From the NCBI GenBank assembly GCA_040392805.1, contig JBEBVI010000001.1:1-60615 (forward strand): a stretch of DNA of 60,615 bases, written 5' to 3'. A program made the position numbers and the translations under genes. The notes below the pieces were generated by a model. The model searched no databases. It was not told the origin of the DNA and worked only from the letters and a program-made list of their open reading frames with translations. Shown piece by piece: positions 39,976 through 49,534 of the stretch; position 1 is the stretch's first letter, and each line of letters starts with the position of its first letter. This stretch comes from Taibaiella helva (GTDB lineage: Bacteria; Bacteroidota; Bacteroidia; Chitinophagales; Chitinophagaceae).

Positions 39976-42525
39976 CTACTTTTTCAATACTTTATGCACG
40001 ACACTTTCACTGCCGGCAACAATTTGGACAAGATATATTCCGTCTGTCCAGGTTTCCGTAAGAATAAGAGCTGACTTACCGGATACCTTACCGCGGAAAA
40101 CATACACTTCCCTGCCGGAAATATCTTTCACCATTATTTCTTTTATATCTTCTCCTTCAATAACAAGACTGCTGGTTACCGGGTTAGGATATAACCGTAA
40201 GTTGCCGGGAGTAGCATCATTTATACCTGTTGTCTTTATGGAAAAACAATCCGAGGTATCACTACAGCCATTTTGCGTGATGATAACAGCAAACTCGCCA
40301 TCCACATTTGATGTGAATTTTTGGTTAGTGGCACCTACTATGGGGGTTTTGTCTTTACAGTTGATCCATTGGTAAGACACACCCGTTGCTGAAGCAGTCA
40401 ATGTCCTGTCCTCCTGTTGTACAGAAACATCAGCCGGGCTAATACTTAAGTTCAGGGTTACAATGCTGTCGCAGCCATGGGCATCGGCGCGTGCGAAGGT
40501 TTCGGTATAAGTACCGGCAGTTGTCAGTACCTGTTTGCCGAGCTGGAAAGAGGTGCCTACGCAAATAGTTGTATCAAACGTAACGTCAGTGGCTTCATGT
40601 ACTATTACTTCTACCTGGTCGGTATTTTCACATTTGTTGGCATCTATACCCTTTACTGTATATGTATTTGTTTTTTCTGGCGCAAACGGAGTATTGTTCT
40701 GTACATTGTTATCCCAAGTGTATGATGTAGCCCCGCTTCCGGAAAGGGTTACCTTATCGCCTTTACATATTTCGGTATCTGTGGCCTGTGCCTTTACTTT
40801 GGGCAATTCATTTACCTTAACTGTTACCAGCTTACTGCTGGTGCAGCCGCCCGGAGAGCTTGCTGTTACGGTATAAGAAGCCGTTGCAGCCGGTTTAAAG
40901 GCCGTACCGTTTGTTACGTTGTTATCCCATTTATAAGAAGAGCCGCTGCCACTGGCGGTAAGCGTTACTTCTTTGCCCATACAGATCACGGTATCTGTAG
41001 CCTTAATAGTAATAGTGGGAATGGATTCGTTAATGATAGATATGTTATGCCCGTTATCCAGCCCGGTTAAGGCAGGGCTGCTGCTGACGAGGCGTATCCG
41101 GTAACCCGTGCCGGCAGTCACACCGGGAATACGTGCAATAATAAAACCACTTGCTGTACCGGTAGTACTTCCGATAACCGTAGGATTGGTAAAATCACCA
41201 TTGGCATTGCTGAGCTGGGCAGTAAAGGCATTACCGGTATTGAAAACACCTATGCCTGTAGAATAATTGATGGTCACTTCTGTTTCTTTACAATAATTTG
41301 ATCCGGGACTGAGTGAAACAATATGCAAAGCCGGCACAAACATATTTAACCGGCTTATGCCATTTTGTGCCGTATCATTATAAGCGGTAAAGATACCGCC
41401 TATAAGTAATTTACCATCTGGCTGAACAACCAGCTGCCAGAGCTGGCCATTACTACTGGCGCCATTCACAAAACCCTTACCCGGGTCGAAGCTGTTGTCT
41501 ATACCGCCGTTTTTGTCTAACCGGACAATGCACTTTATAGCCTTACCGTCAAAATGGGTATAGTTGCCACCCACTATTATTTTACCATCAGGTTGAAAAG
41601 CCAGGGAAAATACGATACCCGAAAACCCTTTTCCTGTATTGAATGTGTTATCCGCGCTTCCGTCTTTATCCAGGCGCGCAATACAGGCTTTATCACTGCC
41701 ATTAAACTTAGCGAATGCCCCGCCCACAATTATTTTACCATCCTCCTGCAGCACTATGGCATTTACATCACGATCGAAACCGCTACCTATATTAAACCCG
41801 GCGTCTATGCTTCCATCGGTATTCAGTCGTACTATACGTGCCCGGGGCTGGCCGTTGACGGTGGTAAAGTTGCCGCCCGCCAATATCTTTCCATCCGGCT
41901 GTATGGTTATTACAGAAGGAGCCCGGTCGAAGGCTGGCAGGAAAGTAGCATCAAGACTGCCATTGCCGGACAACCGCACCATATTCTCAACTGCAGTACC
42001 GTTATAGGCTGAGAAGGTTCCGCCTGCAATTATTTTGCCATCAGCCTGCATGGCTAGGGCCGATACGCTGCCCGCACCTTTTTTGGCTTCAAACCCGCTA
42101 CCGGTAACAAAGCTGTTATCTATAGTGCCGTTAGCCATTAAGCGTACAATACCATTACTGCTTGTGCCGTTAAAGCCGGAGAAACCGCCGCCTACTAAAA
42201 GCTTCCCGTCCGGTTGCTGCTTCAAGGCTGAAATTCGTTCATCAGGGCCACTGCCGGGCTTAAAGGAAGCATCTATTGTTCCATCGGAATTAAGTAGCAG
42301 GATATTATTACATTTATTACCATTGTAATCATTATATGTGCCACCCACCCATGTCTTACCATTACTTAAATGATCTATCGCGTAGACCGCTCCGATGCCT
42401 CCGTTATCACTGAACCCTTTCCCGGATTTAAAAGTATTATCTATGCTCTGCGCATAAGTATGTCCGCAGATCAGCATGCTTACTGCCAGCAGGAGATGTG
42501 GTTTTGTAATCATTTTCTTCTTCAT
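39976..42525 (-). CDS. T9SS type A CTD protein with delta-60 repeat beta-propeller and Ig-like stalk
   Basis: Repeated QPDGKI..GG.F...I.RL..DGS.D..F..G.GF units; GCDSIVTLNL; LYPNP...GIYLV...KVLKK. Confidence 0.9.
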   Translation of the reverse strand: MKKKMITKPHLLLAVSMLICGHTYAQSIDNTFKSGKGFSDNGGIGAVYAIDHLSNGKTWVGGTYNDYNGNKCNNILLLNSDGTIDASFKPGSGPDERISALKQQPDGKLLVGGGFSGFNGTSSNGIVRLMANGTIDNSFVTGSGFEAKKGAGSVSALAMQADGKIIAGGTFSAYNGTAVENMVRLSGNGSLDATFLPAFDRAPSVITIQPDGKILAGGNFTTVNGQPRARIVRLNTDGSIDAGFNIGSGFDRDVNAIVLQEDGKIIVGGAFAKFNGSDKACIARLDKDGSADNTFNTGKGFSGIVFSLAFQPDGKIIVGGNYTHFDGKAIKCIVRLDKNGGIDNSFDPGKGFVNGASSNGQLWQLVVQPDGKLLIGGIFTAYNDTAQNGISRLNMFVPALHIVSLSPGSNYCKETEVTINYSTGIGVFNTGNAFTAQLSNANGDFTNPTVIGSTTGTASGFIIARIPGVTAGTGYRIRLVSSSPALTGLDNGHNISIINESIPTITIKATDTVICMGKEVTLTASGSGSSYKWDNNVTNGTAFKPAATASYTVTASSPGGCTSSKLVTVKVNELPKVKAQATDTEICKGDKVTLSGSGATSYTWDNNVQNNTPFAPEKTNTYTVKGIDANKCENTDQVEVIVHEATDVTFDTTICVGTSFQLGKQVLTTAGTYTETFARADAHGCDSIVTLNLSISPADVSVQQEDRTLTASATGVSYQWINCKDKTPIVGATNQKFTSNVDGEFAVIITQNGCSDTSDCFSIKTTGINDATPGNLRLYPNPVTSSLVIEGEDIKEIMVKDISGREVYVFRGKVSGKSALILTETWTDGIYLVQIVAGSESVVHKVLKK

Positions 42526-42562
42526 AAAACGTCATTTATATGTACTGTATTAAAAATGCTCT

Positions 42563-44191
42563 TTAGCGGATAAGTATAACATCACCTTTATGATAATGAA
42601 TATGGTTGCCGGTTCCGGCAGTATATCTTATTTCGTAAAAATAAGTCCCGGCATCCACCGGCTTTTGTCCGTATAAGCCGTTCCATCCTTCTTCCGGATT
42701 TGCACTGCTGAATACACGCTGGCCGAAGCGGTTGAATATGTTCAGTTGGTATTGCAAAATACTTTGTCTGCAATCCGAAGGCAATACCGGATAAAACACA
42801 TCATTATGGCCGTCCTGATTAGGAGAGAACGCATTAGGCAATCTCACCTCGCAGTCGCATATCTCATAGGATATGTACATTGTGTCTGAGCCCTGGCATA
42901 AAAAATCCATCACGCTAACCCAGTAAAAGCCACTGTCTGTCACCGCAACAGAAGAGTCGGTGCTGCCATTACTCCATACCACTTCTGCACCTTCCGGGAC
43001 GTTCGCTCTTAAAATAATTTCTTCCCTGCTCCCTTTACATTTAATTATGTCATCACCCAGATCCTGCGAAAAATTTTTAATAACAACAGAAACGCTGTCG
43101 GATTTGGCACAATATTCATTAAAGATCTTAGCCGTATATATGCCGCTTTTCTTAGCCGTATATTCCGTACTACGTTGTCCGTCCTGCCATTCGCAGACAA
43201 AAACAGGCAGATAATGATCCGGTTGCAGCAACAGCGAAGACCCGTCACATATCGTTGTGTCTTTCCCTATAGAAAAATCCGGAATAGCGTCATGATGTAT
43301 CAAAAAAGTATCTATATTCCAACCGCAATCGGAATAAGATCTTACCCAGAAAGTTCCGCCCTGGCTTACCCGGATATCTTTAGTGGTATCCCCCGTATTC
43401 CAGATGTAATGATCAAAATCCGCTTTCCCGCTTAGTGTCAGGTTCACGTTTTCCGTACATATGGCGGTATCATGCCTGGTAACAGCATGGGTTATATCAA
43501 AAACGCACACATCATCAATATAGTAGTACGCGTTGTCGGATGGCCCAATACGTTCCACATTCACATTTACCGATCTGGGAAAATTGCCTATTACTATATT
43601 ATCCTCTCCTCCTGAAGCAGTATAGACCCCGGATATTTGCATCCATTGCGCCGTATCTCTTAAAAAGTTGCCTGTAGGGTTGGCAATTTGCGGAATAAGG
43701 TCAAACAATGGCCCAACGATATTACGGACAACGTACCCTGTTCCGAGATAAGCGCCCATCTGGTCAATTACAAAGCCCTTATAATGGCGGGAGCGTGCCA
43801 CCCAGAAACTAACATGGTATTGATGAGCAGCCAGCAGAGGTGTGGTCAACCGGGCTTGTATATATTCCCGATAGTCACGGTTGTCCATAATAAACATGTG
43901 GCCTCCCATATAAGCGTTTCCGGTCCTGGCCTCCATGTACCCGGCAAAATTTTGTGGTACACCTACATTCCCGGATCCGGAGCTGGAGCAGCTGTTAAAG
44001 TAATCTGTGCTTCCGCGCGTGGGGCGGTACCAGTCCGACACAAAGGACGGTGTTCCCGGAAAGTACACATAACCGGAATTGGGCGGGCAACTGTCCTTTT
44101 TCTCAAAAGAAGGATTGGGAACCAGGTTTTGCGCCCTGGCCGGATCAACAGATAATAGAATAATAATACAACAAAGTAAAGTATATCTCAT
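42563..44191 (-). CDS. T9SS type B CTD protein with an N-terminal CBM-like jelly-roll domain
   Basis: QNLVPNPSFE, YREYIQ..L, YYYIDDV; LPNAFSPNQDGHND...GDVILIR. Confidence 0.88.
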   Translation of the reverse strand: MRYTLLCCIIILLSVDPARAQNLVPNPSFEKKDSCPPNSGYVYFPGTPSFVSDWYRPTRGSTDYFNSCSSSGSGNVGVPQNFAGYMEARTGNAYMGGHMFIMDNRDYREYIQARLTTPLLAAHQYHVSFWVARSRHYKGFVIDQMGAYLGTGYVVRNIVGPLFDLIPQIANPTGNFLRDTAQWMQISGVYTASGGEDNIVIGNFPRSVNVNVERIGPSDNAYYYIDDVCVFDITHAVTRHDTAICTENVNLTLSGKADFDHYIWNTGDTTKDIRVSQGGTFWVRSYSDCGWNIDTFLIHHDAIPDFSIGKDTTICDGSSLLLQPDHYLPVFVCEWQDGQRSTEYTAKKSGIYTAKIFNEYCAKSDSVSVVIKNFSQDLGDDIIKCKGSREEIILRANVPEGAEVVWSNGSTDSSVAVTDSGFYWVSVMDFLCQGSDTMYISYEICDCEVRLPNAFSPNQDGHNDVFYPVLPSDCRQSILQYQLNIFNRFGQRVFSSANPEEGWNGLYGQKPVDAGTYFYEIRYTAGTGNHIHYHKGDVILIR

Positions 44192-44219
44192 TCCTTCATA
44201 ATATGAAAGGTCCTATTAA

Positions 44220-44227
44220 CAAAATTA
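44220..44227 (-). promoter_or_regulatory. -7 promoter element for the locus 2 cargo genes
   Basis: TAATTTTG on the minus strand, 28 nt upstream of the 44191 start; no TTG at the 19-nt spacing. Confidence 0.6.
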
Positions 44228-44405
44228 AAGACTTCACCAGTCCTTTTTTAGTGTATAAATACCCTTTTTTCTTCTCCTTCGCCGCTCTTTTGGCCGTCGG
44301 TTTCTTTTTATCAATAAGTTTTTCTTTTTTCGATCTGTTTTATAATTTGTTGCAGCGATAAACCCGGACACTAAAAAATTGTATTCTTTTCCGAACAGAT
44401 AACTT

Positions 44406-46397
44406 ATGACTTTGTTAATCTGCAAATTTGTTTCCGGGTATAAAAACCGGCTACCGGAAATTTATGTCCCCCGAATCGGTATCCGGCTGGCCTTTCTGCT
44501 GGCCTGGCTTTTTATCATGGACAGCAGGGTAGGGGCACAGGAATATCCGATAACCAATATTACAGATCTGAGTACCCGGCAGATTCTTGATACAACCCGG
44601 GTAGCAGAGTTGTTGCAACAGGCGGAGTTGTTGCAAAAAAGCAACCCGGACAGCGCCCTGACGTTATACAAGAGTATTATTACCAGCTCACGGGCAGGCT
44701 GCGACTACTACGGAATTGCAAGATCCATGCTGAATATAGGCCGCCTGTTTCTAGACCAGATGAAAAACAGGGAGAGCCAGGAAATATTAACTCATGCCAT
44801 TCCTTACTGTCGTATGGCATCGGCTCAAAACCCAATGTTGCTACCCCTCGCATATAATGCACTTGCCGGTGCCCATATCCGGCAGGGAAATAACGATTCG
44901 GCGTTTTATTATCTTTACCAGGCCTACTCCGGGTTTCCGAAAAATGATGATAGGCACTACGCTGCCCTGGGTGGGATTTACATCAATATGGCCTCCTTGC
45001 TGGTGGGAACACTTCAGATAAAGCAGTCTTTTTATTATCTGAATAAGGCATATGTGCTGGCGGCAAAAGCACCGGACCGCCGCCTACTGAGCGTTGTATA
45101 TAAAACCACGGCAAATCTTTATAAACAAATACAACAATGGGACAGCTCCTTATATTACCAGAATAAGGCATTGCAGTTAGACTTGTCCCTTAATGATCTT
45201 ACCGAAGTGCAAACTATTTACAGCGATATAGCTGCTATCTACCTGGATAAGAAAGAACCCGGTATAGCAGCGCTCTTCCTGGATTCTGCCATAAGGATAA
45301 AAAAAGAGGGTGCCATAAACAATGCTTCGCTGCAAAGAAGACTGGGATGGTTGCATTATATACGGAGCCAATACAAGGATGCCTCCGTCTGCTTTGAACG
45401 GGCATTAAAGCTGAATCGCGAGAAAGGTGAGCGGAGGACAAATCTGCATATCTATAATACTCTTGCTTCGCTTTACTCCAAAACCGGGCAATATAAACAG
45501 GCATATAAAGCACAGCGGTCTTTTTCGGAATTATTAGGCAATCTTGCCAGCGAAAGAATGGTTAAAGCAGCTAATGAAATGGAGGTAAAGTACCGCCTTC
45601 TGGAAAAGAATAAAGAATTATTGAAAAAACAGACCTTACTGAAAGAACAGCGGGCAGCATTAAGGCAAAAAAATGCATGGATCGGCATTACGATCATCAG
45701 CAGCTGCATTGTGATCCTTTTCCTGGTAATCGTATACAGGACACACCAGAAGCTACAGCAGGAAAAAGTGAGGAATAATGAAAGAATCCGTATTGCCGGG
45801 GATCTGCACGACGGCTTAGGCGCTTTGTTATCTGCCGTAAAAATGAATTATATCCTGCTGGGAAAATATAAACAGCTTTCCGAGACACAAAATTTTAAAG
45901 ATGGCATACAATTGCTGGATGAAATGCGTGATGAGATGAGAACAACGGCATACAACCTGATGCCACAGAATATAACGCAGCAAAGCCTGGCAGACATGCT
46001 ACACCATCTGTGCAAACGAATGGGTAAGGGCTGTCCGATACCGATCACGCTACAAACTTATGGCAGCTTTAGCGCCATAAGCGATAAAATTTATTTTCCC
46101 GTATACCGGATGATCGAAGAGCTGCTTAATAATGCTGTAAAGCATTCAAACGCGTCAGAGATCATGGTGCAGCTTATTGCCAGCAAAGACAAATTGCACG
46201 TTACGGTAGAAGACGACGGCAAGGGATTTGAAATGACTTCTACCCGTAGTAAAGGCCTGGGGCTGGAGAACCTTAAAGCCAGGGTAAAAAAATTAAAAGG
46301 TGCCTTTAATTTTGTATCGGAGCCGGGAATGGGCACCTGCGTAGAACTGGAAATACCTTATATTAGCTCAAAAGTAAAGAAGCATAAGCCATTTTAA
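44406..46397 (+). CDS. TPR-sensor histidine kinase (HisKA_3), locus 2
   Basis: TPR helices, one TM segment, ERIRIAGDLHDG, EELLNNAVKH, EDDGKG, GLGL. Confidence 0.9.
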   Translation: MTLLICKFVSGYKNRLPEIYVPRIGIRLAFLLAWLFIMDSRVGAQEYPITNITDLSTRQILDTTRVAELLQQAELLQKSNPDSALTLYKSIITSSRAGCDYYGIARSMLNIGRLFLDQMKNRESQEILTHAIPYCRMASAQNPMLLPLAYNALAGAHIRQGNNDSAFYYLYQAYSGFPKNDDRHYAALGGIYINMASLLVGTLQIKQSFYYLNKAYVLAAKAPDRRLLSVVYKTTANLYKQIQQWDSSLYYQNKALQLDLSLNDLTEVQTIYSDIAAIYLDKKEPGIAALFLDSAIRIKKEGAINNASLQRRLGWLHYIRSQYKDASVCFERALKLNREKGERRTNLHIYNTLASLYSKTGQYKQAYKAQRSFSELLGNLASERMVKAANEMEVKYRLLEKNKELLKKQTLLKEQRAALRQKNAWIGITIISSCIVILFLVIVYRTHQKLQQEKVRNNERIRIAGDLHDGLGALLSAVKMNYILLGKYKQLSETQNFKDGIQLLDEMRDEMRTTAYNLMPQNITQQSLADMLHHLCKRMGKGCPIPITLQTYGSFSAISDKIYFPVYRMIEELLNNAVKHSNASEIMVQLIASKDKLHVTVEDDGKGFEMTSTRSKGLGLENLKARVKKLKGAFNFVSEPGMGTCVELEIPYISSKVKKHKPF

Positions 46398-46415
46398 AAC
46401 TATTTTACGGAATTC

Positions 46416-47039
46416 ATGAAGATAAGGGTTGCTATAGTAGATGATCATCCGATGTTATTGAAAGGACTGCAGGGCGTGTTGTCTACCGCCCCACATATAG
46501 AAGTTACCGGTACTTACCTGAGCGGAAAAGAGTTGTTGGAAAAGCTACAGGAGGTGCAACCCGATATTATACTGCTTGATATCCAGATGCCTCATCAAAA
46601 CGGGGAAGAAGTAGCTATGATCTTATCGCGTGAATATCCCCATATCAAGATCCTGGCTTTTACCAACCAGGATCAGACTTACTATATACGATCTATGATA
46701 GAATATGGCGTAAAGGGATATGTAATGAAGACCTGCGATGAAGAAACACTTCTGAAGGCTATAGAAAAAGTATATAGCGGCTCACGCTACTTCGACCCGA
46801 TGATCAGTAATAAAGTGGCAGAGTTTACTAACAGAAACAAACAGATCAGACTCACGCGCAGGGAAAAGGAGATACTGCATCTTATTGCCCAGAACTACAG
46901 CAGCAAAGAAATAGGTGAGCGCCTTTGTATGGGTAAACGCACCGTGGATAATTACCGGATTGCGCTATTGATAAAGTTGGATGCAAAAAATTCAGCAGGG
47001 ATGGTAAAGACGGCTATTGACCTGGGGCTTATTAAATAG
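46416..47039 (+). CDS. NarL/LuxR family response regulator, locus 2
   Basis: VDDH, LLDIQMP, LTRREKEIL HTH. Confidence 0.92.
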   Translation: MKIRVAIVDDHPMLLKGLQGVLSTAPHIEVTGTYLSGKELLEKLQEVQPDIILLDIQMPHQNGEEVAMILSREYPHIKILAFTNQDQTYYIRSMIEYGVKGYVMKTCDEETLLKAIEKVYSGSRYFDPMISNKVAEFTNRNKQIRLTRREKEILHLIAQNYSSKEIGERLCMGKRTVDNYRIALLIKLDAKNSAGMVKTAIDLGLIK

Positions 47040-47070
47040 CTTCTGTATTAATATTGTCGAAATGCGTTAT

Positions 47071-47120
47071 CTGATTGTTTCACACAAAGGGACTACAAGG
47101 TACGACGAAACAACGATTCT
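47071..47120 (-). repeat. Dispersed repeat family B/C, partial copy
   Basis: Reverse complement atcgttgtttcgt...ctttgtgtgaaacaatc resembles the 22085 and 23478 copies; tttcacacaaagg is shared with 55465. Confidence 0.55.
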
Positions 47121-47148
47121 AATTTGGATACTATGGGGTATCTATATA

Positions 47149-47189
47149 TAAAACGGGAGTAGGATTTCAAAAACACTACTCCCGTTTTA
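47149..47189. terminator. Bidirectional terminator between regulator and convergent cargo gene
   Basis: taaaacgggagtag...ctactcccgtttta perfect 14-bp stem. Confidence 0.82.
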
Positions 47190-47229
47190 ATATGTGAAAT
47201 AATAAAGCGGTACGCTATATCACTTTTTA

Positions 47230-49296
47230 CTACTGCTTTACTATCTTTTCTACTTTCAGCAATCTGCCCTGCATATCTGAAATATGAAGCAAATAAATAC
47301 CTTCTGCAAGATCCTGCACCGGAATCTGCTTTGCTTCTTTGACATTTTTTATGTGTTTGCCTTCCATAGTAGTAATTAGTACCCGGACGGGTATCCGGCT
47401 TTCAATATGAAGCATACCTTGAGCCGGGTTAGGATAGATATCTATCGGGTCAGAAGACCATGTTACGTTCTTAATGGCCGTGAAATTAGTAACGTCATAT
47501 ACATCAGAGGTGTCTGTGCAACCATTTTCATTTTTTACAATCAATCTGTAAGCCCCATTTTCAGTAACGTTTAAGAAGCTGTCTGTTGCACCAGAGATAA
47601 GATTCCCATTTAACATCCATTGATAAGATTCATATTGAAACGTACTGCTTAATACAAACGAATCTACCGAAATCAAAGGATGTTGTATTGGACTTAAAGT
47701 TAAATTCAAGGTGACCGTACTATCGCAGCCTGCTTTATTTATGAAGGTTTGAGTATATGTTCCACTGGCATTATAGGTTTCCCCATTAAAGGTGTAGCTA
47801 TCCTCACAAACACTTTGTTTTAATTGTACAAATGAAGTATCGAGGCAGAACTGATTTATTTTTACTAAAAATATATCCAAATCTCCTGAGGATTGAAAGC
47901 GGGCATTGTTGATACTGGTATCAAAAATCACATCTCCCCGGAAAGCCCCCACAGCATAAACGGTCTTGTTTACATCAGTAGTTATACCAAAACCGTAATT
48001 AGCGTAATTAAAGTTACTTTGATCGGAAAAGCTTTTTGCCCAGACAAAATTGCCGGAAGAATCTAATTTGGATATATAGATGTCTGATCCTGTTTTCGTG
48101 TTTAGAAAGAAGGTATCGGAAGCCCCACTTGCAGGATTAAAATCAACTCTGCCATGAAAAGATCCGATAGCATACACACTTCTGTTGTAATCCAATGCTA
48201 AACCAAAGCACTCCGTTGTCGTCGTTCCCCCCATTTGCTTTGCCCAAACAAAATCTCCCGATGTTTTAAATTTACAGATAAAGGCGTCTCCCAAGCCAAA
48301 AGATGTCATGTAATATGGTGTTCCCACAGAATTCGCATTTATGGTTCCCCTGAAATATCCGGAAGTGTAAACATACCCTGCAGGGTCAACAACAACCCCT
48401 CTTCCCATATCGGCACTACTTCCTCCTATGCTCCTTGCCCAAACAAAATTTCCCGAAGAGTCTAATTTGGAAAGGAATACGTCATAGCTATAACTGCTTT
48501 GGCTGGGGGCAGCGTTAAAAAGGTTATACGTACCAACACCCGGGTCAAAATCTGCCGTATCACTGCTGAAATGTCCTGTAGTATATACATTCCCCAAATC
48601 ATCTACATCTACTGCAAAACTATATTCGGATCTATTGCCCCCCATGGTTCTGGTCCATAAAAAATTACCGGAATTATCCAGTTTGGATACAAATGCATCA
48701 TTATCAGCTTCACCGGTTACATATACATTCCCGGCAGAATCCAGCGCCATTCCATACGCAATATTATACCCTGTTCCACCGGAGCTACCCAAGATTCCTA
48801 AGTTTTGCGCCCAAACATATCCCCCAAGGGAGTCAAGCTTCAAAATGAAAGCATCCATTCTTCCATTAAAGGCAGTAAGCCTGTTTACTCCCTGACCCGG
48901 ATTAAAGTCCGGGCTTCCTTCAAACTGGCCGACAACATACACATATCCATCTGCATCTGCCTTTATACCATATCCTTTATTAACCCCACGTACGCCTATT
49001 TGTTTTGTCCATAAAAAATTACCGGAAGCATCAAGCTTTGAAATGAATATATCAAACTGACCATTGGCTGTAAGGGTGGCAGTATCCGGCCCCGGATCGA
49101 AGTCCACATTACCATAAAAGCATCCGGTGGTGTAAACATTTCCCTGAGCATCAGAACAAATTGCTGTGCCGATATCTTCGTTTAGTCCACCCATTTGTCT
49201 TGCCCACTCCATGACCGGCTGTTGAGCATCTGACTTTAAGGCAAACACTAAGTAAAGAAAAAGTACAGCAGGTTTTAAATAAAAGTACCTATTCAT
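47230..49296 (-). CDS. T9SS type A CTD protein with SBBP repeats and Ig-like stalk
   Basis: Repeated D..GNVYTTG.F...DFDPG...FISKLD.SGNF.W units; GCDSTVTLNL; IYPNP...KIVKQ. Confidence 0.9.
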   Translation of the reverse strand: MNRYFYLKPAVLFLYLVFALKSDAQQPVMEWARQMGGLNEDIGTAICSDAQGNVYTTGCFYGNVDFDPGPDTATLTANGQFDIFISKLDASGNFLWTKQIGVRGVNKGYGIKADADGYVYVVGQFEGSPDFNPGQGVNRLTAFNGRMDAFILKLDSLGGYVWAQNLGILGSSGGTGYNIAYGMALDSAGNVYVTGEADNDAFVSKLDNSGNFLWTRTMGGNRSEYSFAVDVDDLGNVYTTGHFSSDTADFDPGVGTYNLFNAAPSQSSYSYDVFLSKLDSSGNFVWARSIGGSSADMGRGVVVDPAGYVYTSGYFRGTINANSVGTPYYMTSFGLGDAFICKFKTSGDFVWAKQMGGTTTTECFGLALDYNRSVYAIGSFHGRVDFNPASGASDTFFLNTKTGSDIYISKLDSSGNFVWAKSFSDQSNFNYANYGFGITTDVNKTVYAVGAFRGDVIFDTSINNARFQSSGDLDIFLVKINQFCLDTSFVQLKQSVCEDSYTFNGETYNASGTYTQTFINKAGCDSTVTLNLTLSPIQHPLISVDSFVLSSTFQYESYQWMLNGNLISGATDSFLNVTENGAYRLIVKNENGCTDTSDVYDVTNFTAIKNVTWSSDPIDIYPNPAQGMLHIESRIPVRVLITTMEGKHIKNVKEAKQIPVQDLAEGIYLLHISDMQGRLLKVEKIVKQ

Positions 49297-49428
49297 TTTG
49301 ATTCCTATTTTTAAACGGGCATTTAAAATAACTCATATTTTCTGAAATAATACACTTCCTTGCAATGTCATTAACTTTAGATGTTGGTGATAATACCAAC
49401 ATCGGCGGTTGCTGAGCTGTGTCGAAGT

Positions 49429-49503
49429 AAGTACCGTCATGTCGACCGGAGTGGAGACATCTCCCCAGCTTTGGAGCCTCGATTTATTTTGAAACGGTTA
49501 CTT
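49429..49503 (-). repeat. MITE/REP-like element (family A, copy 2, partial)
   Basis: aagtaccgtcatgtcgaccggagtggagacatctccc matches 54601 onward; ttattttgaaacggttactt is the reverse complement of 20752-20771. Confidence 0.75.
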
Positions 49504-49534
49504 AACTAAGAGGCATCATTATAAAAGCAATTGT

